Positions 21,201 through 30,783 of a stretch of 64,000 nucleotides of DNA are shown one piece after another (the first letter of the stretch is position 1; each line of letters begins with the position of its first letter). The stretch covers positions 1,280,001 through 1,344,000 of the forward strand of contig CAWDML010000009.1 in assembly GCA_963803435.1 (NCBI GenBank), in the 5' to 3' direction. The position numbers and the translations under genes are program-made. This stretch comes from an uncultured delta proteobacterium. GTDB lineage: Bacteria; Myxococcota; Kuafuiibacteriia; Kuafuiibacteriales; Kuafuiibacteriaceae. The notes under the pieces are model-generated. The model was not told where the DNA came from, made no database searches, and saw only the letters and a list, made by a program, of their open reading frames with translations.

Positions 21201-24200
21201 CCCGCGACCTTCTGCTCGGCATCCTCGAGAAGGCCGGTCGCTGGGGCGACGAGATCGCGCATCTGACCGACAAGGTCGAGATCGCGACCACCACCGAGGA
21301 GAAGAAGCGGCTCTACCGCCAGATCGCCGAGATCGAGGAGGAACGGCTCGAGGACATCGATGGCGCCGTCGCCAGCGTGAAGCGGATCCTGGATCTCGAC
21401 CCGGCCGATCTGAGCGCGATGTCCGATCTGGCCCGCATCTTTCGGACCTCGGAGAAGTGGCATCCGCTGCTCAACGTGCTCCAGCGCCGCCTCGAGCTGG
21501 CCCAGGAGGACTCCGAGAGCGCGTCAGGATCCGCTTCGAGATCGCCGGCGTCTGGGAGCAAGGGATCGAGGACGGCAACGAGGCGATCGACGCCTATCGC
21601 GACGTGCTCGCCATCGACGAGCGCTACCGACCGGCGCTGGCGGCGCTCGAGCGCCTGTACACGCTTCAGGAGCGCTGGAGCGACCTGATCCAGATCTACG
21701 AGCGCCAGGTCGAGCTGGCCGACGAGGCGCCCGAGGCGATCACGGTCCTCTCGCGGATCGCGGGGATCTGGGAGGAGCAGTTCCGCGATCTCGGTGTCGG
21801 CGAGCCAGACCTTGATCCGGGTGCTCGAGATCGACCCGGAGCACCTGGTCACCGTGAAGGCCCTCGAGCGGCTCTGGCGCGAGTCGCAGGACTGGCCGCG
21901 CCTGATCGAGGCGATCTACCGGCACATCGAGCTGACCAAAGAGCCGCAGGAGATGGTGGCGCTCTACCTGGAGGCCGGCGCGCATCTTCCTGGAGGAGCT
22001 CGATCAGGTCGAGCAGGCCGAGGAGGTCCTCACCGCGGCGCTCGACGCCGATCCCAACTCCCGCGAAGCGGTGCACGCGCTCGGGCAGCTGCACGAGCAG
22101 GCGGGCAACTGGTTCAACGCCCTGGAGATGCTGAACCGCGAGGCCACGCTGGTGGGCGCGCTCCCGGAGGCGGTCGAGCTCCACTTCCGGATGGGCAAGA
22201 TCAACGAGGAGATGCTCATGGAGCTGCCTGCGGCACAGGAGAACTACGCCCAGGCCCTCGACATCGAGCCCAGCTACACGCCGGCGATCCGATCGCTCGC
22301 GCACGATCTACCAGAAGGAGCAGAACTGGCAGGAGGTCATCCAGCTCACCGCGCAGGAGGCGGAGCACACCGCTGAAGCCGAGGAGCGGGCAGAGCTCTA
22401 CCAGAAGGCGGCCGAGTCTCGCGCTCGAGCGCTTCGACGACGTCGATCGCTCGGTGCGCTACTACGAGCTGTCGCTGGAGGCGACGCCGAACCACGTCCC
22501 GTCGCTGCGGACGCTCTCCGATCTGTACTACGGCGACGAGAAGTGGGACGCGGCGGAGAAGCTGCTCGAGCGGCTGGTCGATCGGCTCGACAAGCAGCGA
22601 GGACAAGGACGAGCTCTGCAAGGACTACTACCGGCTGGCCTACATCGCCGAGAAGCTCGGCGACGATCATCAGGCGCTCAAGCGCTACCTGGCGAGCTAC
22701 GAGTTCGACACCACCTACCTGCCGACGCTCGAAGGGCTGGCGGCGGCGCTCCTCCGAGCCGAGCGGTGGGAGGACGCCCAGCGGATCGTCCAGACGATCC
22801 TGATCCAGCACAAGTCGTCGCTGACCGACGCCGAGGTGGTGGATCTGTACTTCCAGCTGGGCGAGCTGGCCGCCAAGCTGACGCAGCTCGACCGAGCCGC
22901 GAAGAGCTTCAAGAAGGCGCTCGACCTGGATCCCGACCACATCCCCACGCTGCGCTCCTTCTCGGAGCTCGCGGAGCAGAAGGAGGACTGGGAGGAGGCG
23001 TACGACCGTCGCGAGCGCCTGATCGCGTTGCTCGACGGCGAGGAGCGCTTCGAGCAGCTGGTCCGGCAGGCCAACCTCTGCCGCGACAAGATCAAGGAGC
23101 CCTACCGGGCGATCGACGCCTACTCGGAGGCGAAGCGGATCCGTCCCGACGACGTGCGCGTCCTGAGAGCGCTGGTACGTCTGTTCGACGAGACCAGCCA
23201 GGCGCCGCGCACGATCGAGGTCCTCGAGGATCTCGCGCGCGTGCTCACCAACAAGGAGGAGCGGCGCGACGTCTACATGGATCTGGCGCGCGCTTGGGCT
23301 GAGCAGAAGGACGGCGACCAGGCCGTCGCGTACCTCAACGAGGCGCTCGACGTCGATGCGATGTTCGTGAAGGCCTTCCAGATGATCGAGCAGATCCTCT
23401 ACGAGACCAAGAACTGGCAGGCGCTCGAGGCGAACTACCATCGAATGATCAAGCGCATGCCGTCCGACCAGAAGAAGGCGCGCGCGGTGTTGTGGCGATC
23501 GCTCGGTGATCTCTATCTGCGGGTCCTCAAGAACACCGAGGGCGCGAAGCTCGCGTACGAGGTCGTGCTCAGCAAGCTGGAGCCTGACTCGATCGACGTC
23601 AGCCTGAGCCTGGCGGAGATCTACTCGCAGAAGCAGGAGCTCGCCCCGAAGGCGCTCGCGCTCTATCACCGGATGCTGGAGAGCTCCGACGATCCGGCGG
23701 TGCCGGCCCGGAAGCTCTTCGAGCTGTACCACGCGCTGGGCCGGCTCGACCGGGCGTTCTGCGCGCTCGGTTCGCTGATCCTGATGCGCGCCGCCAACGA
23801 GATGGAGGTGCAGGCGTATCAGATGTTGCTCAAGCGTGTGCCGGCGTCACCGCAGCGCTCGTTGACGGACAACCTGTGGCGGAAGAACGTGCTCCATCCG
23901 GCGTGCCGGAACTCGCTGGCCGACATCTGCAGCATCCTCTATCGCGGCGCGCCGGATCTGTTCATGGACGGCCAGCGTGCGCTGGCGCTCCGGAAGAAGG
24001 AGAAGGTCGACCTCACGGACAAGGGCAAGAACGCCCGGGTGCGCCTGCGCTACTTCGACATCTGGTCGAGGTTGCAGGGCGCGATGCACGTCGGTGAGAT
24101 GGAGCACTTTCACCGTCCTGGGAACTCGCACTCACCTCGTCTCTACCCGGGCGCGCCGGCGGTGATGTTCGCCGGCGAGCAGCACGAGGCGTTCAAGACG

Positions 24201-24689
24201 ATGCCGCCCCGCCAGATCGCGTGGACCATCGCGAGGCAGATGGCCACGGCCCGTCCGGAGCTGGCCCCGGTGCGGGCGCTGCCTCCGGACGAGGTGGGCG
24301 CGGCGATCGAGGCGGCGATCCTCATGTTCTCCCCGGAGGGGAGCGGGGTGGATCTCAGCCTCGACGCCCGTCTGGTGCAGAGCTGGAAGAAGAACCTCCA
24401 GCGGTACCTGGTGGAGCGGGCGGTGCGGGCCCTCCGCGACCCGGTGGTCCAGTGCCTGGAACAGCGGGAGATGCGACATCTGGCCCGTTTCCTCGAGGGC
24501 GCCGAGCACACGGCCTCCCGGGCGGCCCTCCTGATGGCGCAGGACGTCGGAGCCGCCGAGCGTGGCCTCGGGGAGTCGGATCAGCTCGTGGATGTATCCT
24601 TCCGTGCGCGGGTTCGTGCGCTCATGCTCTTCACGCTCAGCGAGGACCATTTCATCCTTCGGGAAAAGCTCGGCCTCGCCATCACGTAG
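12225..24689 (+). CDS. gltI: Giant TPR gliding motility protein AgmK/GltI-like (~4150 aa), split by several frameshifts (~13555 and ~21050-22600)
   Basis: Continuous TPR-type repeats (ALxALERLY...W.EL...L) across successive ORFs; C-terminal LWRKNVLHP...EHTASRAALL...LREKLGLAI; lies between cglE and agmX-like genes. Confidence 0.8.
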
Positions 24690-24720
24690 GGTCGTCGGAA
24701 GCGTTTGGAAACACGCGTTC

Positions 24721-24749
24721 TTGACGGGATTCTGGGTGATTCCTAGGAT
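24721..24749 (+). promoter_or_regulatory. Sigma70-type promoter upstream of gltJ
   Basis: TTGACG, 17 nt, TAGGAT, 32 nt before the ATG. Confidence 0.55.
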
Positions 24750-24781
24750 CGGTCGACGCCCTCGGGCGTTCGAATCCGCTG

Positions 24782-27308
24782 ATGAAATTCACCTGCGAGA
24801 ACTGCGGCGCCCAATACCTGATCGCCGACTCCAAGCTTGGCGATCGCGGTGTGAAGGTCCGTTGCAAGAAGTGCTCTTACGTCATCATCCTTCGGCCGCA
24901 CGGATGGGCGGCCGATCAGAAGAAGGATGCGAAGGAGGAAGCGCCGACGTCGGCGGACCTCGACGCGGCGTTGGATCGACCGGCGCGGCCGCACGCGGCG
25001 AAGGAGCTGCCGCCGTTCCCTTCGGACGATGATCCCGCGGACATCGGGGTCGCGCAAGACACGGGGCTCTCGCAGGAGTTCGCAGCGCTCGGCTTCCACG
25101 AGGAGTCGACCGACGATCCGAGCCCGCTTCATCAGGTGAGCTTCGACGCCGACAAGCTGGACTTCGGTGAGCTCGGTTCGTCGCCGTTCTCGTCGCGCTA
25201 CTCGGGCGGCTCGCTGGACGACGTCCCGTTCGGGCTCGACGCGCATGCGGGTGAGCACGCCAGCGATCGCCCGGACTCCGACGCCACCGACATCCTCGTC
25301 CGCGGCACCAACGGCCTGGGCGTCTCGATGCCGGACATGGACGACGATGACGACGACGGCGCGGCATCGACGCACGTCGATCGGATCGAGGTTTCGGAAG
25401 ACTACGAAGGCACGACCCGCCAGGCCGACGGCGGTACCGGCGAGATCGTCGCGGCCCTGGCCAAAGTCCAGAGAAACGAGCTGCTCGAGATGCAATCCTC
25501 CCTCGAATCGGACCTGGAAGGGCTCTCGAGCGCGCTCGATCCCCGCGACAAGAAGAAAGCCGCCGCGGCCGCCGAGCCGGCCAAGGCCGTCCATCCGGGG
25601 AGCCACAAGCCGAACTTCCAGGCGCTGAACGCGCTGGCCTCCGAGAGCGACAGCGCGGCTGACCCCGGGTACAACATCGCGGACGAGGCCCTGGCCGAGC
25701 GCGAGATCGGGAGCGCCTTCGAGGCGATGTTCGGTGACGGTCCCACCGACGACGGCTTCAATGACGGCGCCCCGCCCGACAAGGCGCCGACCCGCGTCTT
25801 CGATACCGAGGCGATGCAGCAGGTCGAAGCCGAGCAGCACATGGCGCGCCCGACCTCGAACGCGCAGCAGAACCGCGAATGGTACGTCGCCATCGACGAT
25901 CAGCAGGTGGGCCCGCTCAGCCTCGACGAGGTCCGCGAGCGTTGGGACGCCGGCGATTCTGGCGGCCGACTCGCTCTGCTGGAAACAGGGGCTGGGCGAC
26001 TGGCAGCCGATCAGTTTGACCGCCGAGGTCCGCGCTCATCTCGGCCCGATGGAGGATCGGGAGCGCACGCAAGTGGCGCCGATCCACGAGGACGACTCGC
26101 TCACGGGTTCGCCGGTGCCTCCGCAGATCTCAATCCACCCCGAGCCCGAGGCACGCGAGCACTCGATGGCGGCCGGGGGCGGAGGATTCGGCGGAGAGGC
26201 CGCCATGGACGAGCCGTCGTGGCGACCGAGCGCCGCCAGCGCGCTGGCCTCGCTGGCCGCGGAGGAGCTGGCGTCCGCCTCCTCGTCGATCGCCTCGAAG
26301 CGGGACGACATCGCCGTCGGGGCCGCGCTCCCGGCGACCAGCGATGCGCTCGAGAAGCTCCTCGCCGGGGATCGGGGCTCGACGGCCGCCACGCAGTTCG
26401 GGGCAGCCGAGATGAGCGAGTCGGCGGTGAGACCGCTGCCGCGCCGGGCCGAAGCGATCACGTCGGTGCCCCTGCGCGATCCGGTCGTGAATCGCCGGCG
26501 GAACGGCTGGATGTGGCCGGTCTCGATCCTGGGCGCGGCGGCGATGCTGACGGTCGGCGTGGTCTGGGCGCTCTCGGGGAACAAGACGCCCGCGCCCCCG
26601 CCAGACCCCGTCGCGATGGTGACGCCGCCGCCGCCGGCGCAGCCGGTGCCGTTGCCCGCCCGCGAGACCGCGCCGGTGACGCCGCCGCCGGCCGAGGCGG
26701 CTGCGCCTCCGAACCCGGCGGAGGCCAAGGCTGCGCTGGCCGTGGCCGGCGTCAATCCGGAGAGCGTGAAGGCGGACGGGAAGTCCAACGACAAGAACGA
26801 CGACGACGACGACGATAAGGAGGCCCGGAAGAAGAAGTCGGGCAAGAAGAAGAGGGAGCGCCCTGCGCCGCGCCCGCGCCACGAGCGCCGTGAGCCGGCC
26901 GACACGAGACCCCCGCCGCCGCCGCGTCGCCCCCATCGCGAGCCCACCGACGTCGACGACCTCCTGGCACCGGGTGAGCAACGTCCGAGCCGTCGGACGG
27001 CGGCGATCGAGGAGGACACGCCGCGCCAGCTCGACGACGGCGACATCCTCAAGGTGCTTCGCAACAACCGCAAGGCGATCATCGACTGCGTCAAGAAGCA
27101 GCAGGCCTCCGACGGCAGCGTCAGCGGCACGATGATGGTGAACATGGTGATCACGAAGGCCGGGCAGGCCACCCGCATCACGGTCTCGCCTGATCGCTAC
27201 ACCCGGACCGTCGCCGGCAAGTGCGTCAGCAGCGCCGTGAAGAGCTGGAAGTTCCCCCATTTCAGCGGACCGAACATGCCGATCGACTTCCCCGTCCGCA
27301 TCCGCTGA
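24782..27308 (+). CDS. gltJ: Gliding motility protein AgmX/GltJ-like (Zn ribbon, GYF_2, TM, Pro-rich linker, TonB-C-like domain); one frameshift near 25955
   Basis: MKFTCENCGAQY...VRCKKC; WYVAIDDQQVGPL...SLCWKQGLGDW split across two frames; TM WPVSILGAAAMLTVGVVWAL; C-terminal KCVSSAVKSWKFP..PIDFP. Confidence 0.8.
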
Positions 27309-28426
27309 TGCGGCACGTCCTACCGCTCCATCCCGCGCACGACGTGATGCCCCTGGGCCGCCTGGGGCATCACGAGATCGATTCGCTCCGGCTCCTGCTC
27401 AAGGGAGGCTCGGTGGTGGACTGGTTCCGGCTAAACCTCGACGATCGCGACGAGATCGACGCGTTCATCCGCGTCAACGAGCTCGAACCCGAAGAGGCCG
27501 GTGACTGGGCGCGCCTGACGGACCTGCGCCGGAAGGCGGTCGTCTATCTGGTCGAGCACCTGGGCTACAAGGTGCCGGAGGTGATCGCGTCGGCGGACTT
27601 TCGCTCGCTGGTCCGGTACGCCTCGGGGAAGGGACGGCGCGCCTACCGGATGTACGCGTGCATGGCGCTCAAGGTCATGCACATCATCCACTACACCGAG
27701 GCGCACGAGCTCCTCTCGATGCTTCCGATCTCCAACGCGGAGCTGGCCATCCTGTTGACCGCCAAGGTCGAGCGCGTGGTGCGAGGGCTCCTCGAGCGCA
27801 ACTTTCCGATCGTCGAGTTCAGCGGAAACACCAAGACGAGCTCTTCGATCCTCTCCAAGCTGCTCGCCAAGAAGAACACGCAGGCGACCGCGCTCTTCGA
27901 CAAGGTCCGCTTCCGCTTCGTGGTGGCGCGGCCGGAGGACATCACGCCGCTCCTGGTCGCGATCATGCGCGAGCTGATGCCGTTCAACTACCTGGTGCCG
28001 AACCAGTCGGAGAACACGCTCGTCGACCTGGACGCGATGCTGGTGCGCGCCGGCAATCTCACCGCGATCCGCGCCCGGAAGAACGAAGACGCCGATCTCA
28101 ACGAGTCCACCGCCAACGATCTGGCCGCCGAGCCGAAGAATGAGTTCTCGGGCCCGAACTATCGCGTGGTGAACTTCGTCGCCGAGGTGCCGATCCGCGC
28201 CGATCGCATCCTATCGTTCGAGGGCAATCCGCGCCTCGAAGGGCTGGGGCGCGTCGTCTTCGGGACCGTCGAGTTCCAGCTGGTGGACCGGGTGACGGCG
28301 CGGGCGAACGAGACCGGCGAGAACAAGCACTCGCTGTACAAGCGGAGGCAGCTCCTGAAGGTGAAGGAGCGCCTCGAGCGCGGGAAGCGCAAGAAAGTCC
28401 CCAAGAGGACCGCGGCCGAAGGCTGA
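27308..28426 (+). CDS. TIGR04552-like protein with RelA/SpoT-synthetase-like nucleotidyltransferase motifs
   Basis: LLLKGGSVVDWFRL, KTSSSILSKLLAKK, FDKVRFRFV, NEFSGPNYRVVNFV, EFQLVD, NETGENKHSLYK; TGATG overlap with gltJ. Confidence 0.65.
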   Translation: MRHVLPLHPAHDVMPLGRLGHHEIDSLRLLLKGGSVVDWFRLNLDDRDEIDAFIRVNELEPEEAGDWARLTDLRRKAVVYLVEHLGYKVPEVIASADFRSLVRYASGKGRRAYRMYACMALKVMHIIHYTEAHELLSMLPISNAELAILLTAKVERVVRGLLERNFPIVEFSGNTKTSSSILSKLLAKKNTQATALFDKVRFRFVVARPEDITPLLVAIMRELMPFNYLVPNQSENTLVDLDAMLVRAGNLTAIRARKNEDADLNESTANDLAAEPKNEFSGPNYRVVNFVAEVPIRADRILSFEGNPRLEGLGRVVFGTVEFQLVDRVTARANETGENKHSLYKRRQLLKVKERLERGKRKKVPKRTAAEG

Positions 28427-28438
28427 TAGGATGGTGCC

Positions 28439-29197
28439 ATGAGACCCGGCACCCAGATGCAGGCCTCCTTCCCTCGGCCGGGCAAGGCGCTGCTCGCGCT
28501 GATCTTTGCGAACGTCATCTGCTACGTGCTGCAACTGCTGCTCCTCCGCGCCAACCAGGTATGGGTGACCGAGCTGTACCTTCGCCCCGCCGCGGTCCTG
28601 GAGGGCGGCAAGGTCTGGCAGCCGTTCACCTACGTCTGGCTGCACGATCCGCAGCGCCCGTTCCACCTGCTGATGAACATGCTCTGGCTGTGGATGTTCG
28701 GCACCCGGCTCGAGCAATGGTGGGGGCCCAAGCGCTTCCTCGGCGCCTATGGGATCTTCGCCCTGGGCGGCGGCGCGCTGACCCTGCTGGTCGGGCTCCT
28801 CTCCAAGACCTCCGTCTTCGGACCGCTGCTCCCCGAGTTCTGGACCGCCCCTCACCTCGGCGCCAGCGGTGCGGTCGTCGGCATGACCGCCGCGTTTGGG
28901 CTCAGCTTCGCCAACGAGGAGATGAACCTCCTGTTCATCGGACAGATGAAGGGCAAGACGTTCGTGCTGATCATCCTCGCGATCGAGCTGCTGGTGGCCC
29001 TGAGCTATGAGCCGACCTCGTCGACGAGCCACTTCGGCGGGATGATCGCCGCCTACATCCTCTGCCGGGGCCTCTGGCGCCCCGGGCGCTGGAAGGAGAT
29101 GGCGCGGCACGCGGACCTGATGCGAAAGAAGAAGAAGATCGAGGCCGAGCTGCGCGTGATCCGGGGCGGGAAGGACGATCCGTCGGGCTGGAACTGA
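28439..29197 (+). CDS. Rhomboid family intramembrane serine protease
   Basis: WQPFTYVWLH, HLLMNMLWLWMFG, GASG, HFGG. Confidence 0.92.
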   Translation: MRPGTQMQASFPRPGKALLALIFANVICYVLQLLLLRANQVWVTELYLRPAAVLEGGKVWQPFTYVWLHDPQRPFHLLMNMLWLWMFGTRLEQWWGPKRFLGAYGIFALGGGALTLLVGLLSKTSVFGPLLPEFWTAPHLGASGAVVGMTAAFGLSFANEEMNLLFIGQMKGKTFVLIILAIELLVALSYEPTSSTSHFGGMIAAYILCRGLWRPGRWKEMARHADLMRKKKKIEAELRVIRGGKDDPSGWN

Positions 29198-29200
29198 CGG

Positions 29201-30559
29201 TCAGACGGCGATCGCGATCGCTTTGTCCGTCTCGGCGGCGTCGACCTCCTCGACCTCGCCGTCCTGCCCGAGCCACACCGTGCTGCCGGGCGCGCGGCCG
29301 AGCAGGCGCTCCATCGCCGGAACCACCGCCTCGTCGACCGGCCCCACCAAGGTGAGGACGGCGCGGCCGCGATCGAACATCCGGGCCGCCAGGGCGGCGA
29401 CGTCCGCCGGGGTCACCTTCATCGCCTCGTCGAGCCAGTCCTCGTAGCCCGCGTTTCGGCCCATGAGGGCGCTGGCGCCGTACCAACCCGCGATCTCGCT
29501 CGGATCGTCGAGCGCGAACTCGAGCTCGCTGACGTGGCGGGTCTTGGCCCGATCGAGCTCGGCGTCGCTGATGTCGCCGAGGCTCTCCAGCACCGCCAGG
29601 GTCTCGCGGACCGCGGACTCCGCCTTCTCCTCGGCACACACGATCTCGACGTCGAGCGCGGCGATGTCTGCGTACGCGTCGATGGCGGCGGCCATCGAGT
29701 AGGCGATCCCGCGCTGCTCGACGATCGCCTGCCGGAGCCGCGCACCGAAGCCGTCGTCCAGGATGCGCTTGAGCAGGAGCAGCGCCGGAAAGTCGGGATC
29801 GTGCTCGTGGGGCGCCGTGAAGGACAGGAGCAGCGAGACCTGCGCGTCCTCGGAGGGCTGGACGTGGATCGGGAGGCCCTCGCGCGGGATCGGTCGGCCG
29901 AGCTCCGGGAGTGTGCGGCCGCGCGGCATACGCCCGAAGGTGGAGGCGGCCTCCGCCAGCATCTCGTCGGGATCGACGCGCCCGGCGATCACCAGCACGC
30001 CGTTCTCGGCGGCGAACAGCTTCTCGAAGTGGGTCCGGCAGTGGGCGTCGGCCAGGCGCTCGACCACGCTCGCCTCGCCCGCGACGGGGAGGCCGATCGG
30101 GTGGGCGCCCCAGAGGATCCGGCGGGAGAGGGTGTCGATGTCGAGATCGCGGCCATCGCCGTCGTAGGTGTCCAGGATCTCCTCGATCACGACCTTGCGC
30201 TCAATCTCCAGGCCTTCGAGGGTCGGCTCGGTGCAGACCTCGCCGAGGAGTCGCAGACCGTCACGGGCGTGGCGCGGCGGCACGGTGATATGGATCGTGC
30301 AGGCGTCCCGCTGGGTGAGACCGTTGATCTCCCCGCCGATCGCCTCCACCGCGATGTGGAAGTCACGACTGTGCGGGTGGGTGCGCGTGCCACGAAGGAC
30401 GAGGTGCTCCACGAGATGCGAGATGCCATTCTCATGGAGCTGCTCGTAGCGTGGACCCGCGCGAACCATCATCGCGCAGGACACCGCGTGGACGTGCGGC
30501 AGTCGGAGGATCAAGACAGGCAGGCCGTTGCTCAACCGGTTGCGGACGAACTCGAGCAC
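29201..30559 (-). CDS. M16 family (pitrilysin-like) zinc peptidase
   Basis: Inverted zincin HLVEH, ERKVVIEEI, RLRQAIVEQRGIAYS. Confidence 0.9.
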   Translation of the reverse strand: MLEFVRNRLSNGLPVLILRLPHVHAVSCAMMVRAGPRYEQLHENGISHLVEHLVLRGTRTHPHSRDFHIAVEAIGGEINGLTQRDACTIHITVPPRHARDGLRLLGEVCTEPTLEGLEIERKVVIEEILDTYDGDGRDLDIDTLSRRILWGAHPIGLPVAGEASVVERLADAHCRTHFEKLFAAENGVLVIAGRVDPDEMLAEAASTFGRMPRGRTLPELGRPIPREGLPIHVQPSEDAQVSLLLSFTAPHEHDPDFPALLLLKRILDDGFGARLRQAIVEQRGIAYSMAAAIDAYADIAALDVEIVCAEEKAESAVRETLAVLESLGDISDAELDRAKTRHVSELEFALDDPSEIAGWYGASALMGRNAGYEDWLDEAMKVTPADVAALAARMFDRGRAVLTLVGPVDEAVVPAMERLLGRAPGSTVWLGQDGEVEEVDAAETDKAIAIAV

Positions 30560-30783
30560 CGAGCGATCACACCGTTCGGCGGCCGATCCGTCAACGGGGA
30601 TTAACCGCTAAACCACCGGAATTCTTTGTGAAATCCCCGAGCTGATTTCCGCCGGCGCAAGGTTGCGTGCCAGCCGGAGCGGCCGGGATCGGGGCCTCGT
30701 TGCCGAGCCGCCCCGCGGACTTGGCGCGGGGCCTGCGGCCGGCCCGCAATCGAAAGGTGGGTCCCTCTGAAAACCGGCTGAAC

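Noticed and set aside
13540-22620. Programmed frameshifting or phase variation in gltI
   Set aside because: No slippery tracts or stimulatory structures seen; similar indels hit unrelated genes, which favours assembly error
28439-29197. Rhomboid as the sorting enzyme for the two MYXO-CTERM-like proteins
   Set aside because: MYXO-CTERM processing is attributed to a CPBP/CAAX-type myxosortase, and nothing here links the rhomboid to these proteins
30656-30736. Sigma54-like motifs TGGCACGCAACCTTGC (minus) and TGGCGCGGGGCCTGC (plus)
   Set aside because: The first has 11-nt rather than 10-nt GG-GC spacing (an indel error is possible); the second points antisense into the kinase gene
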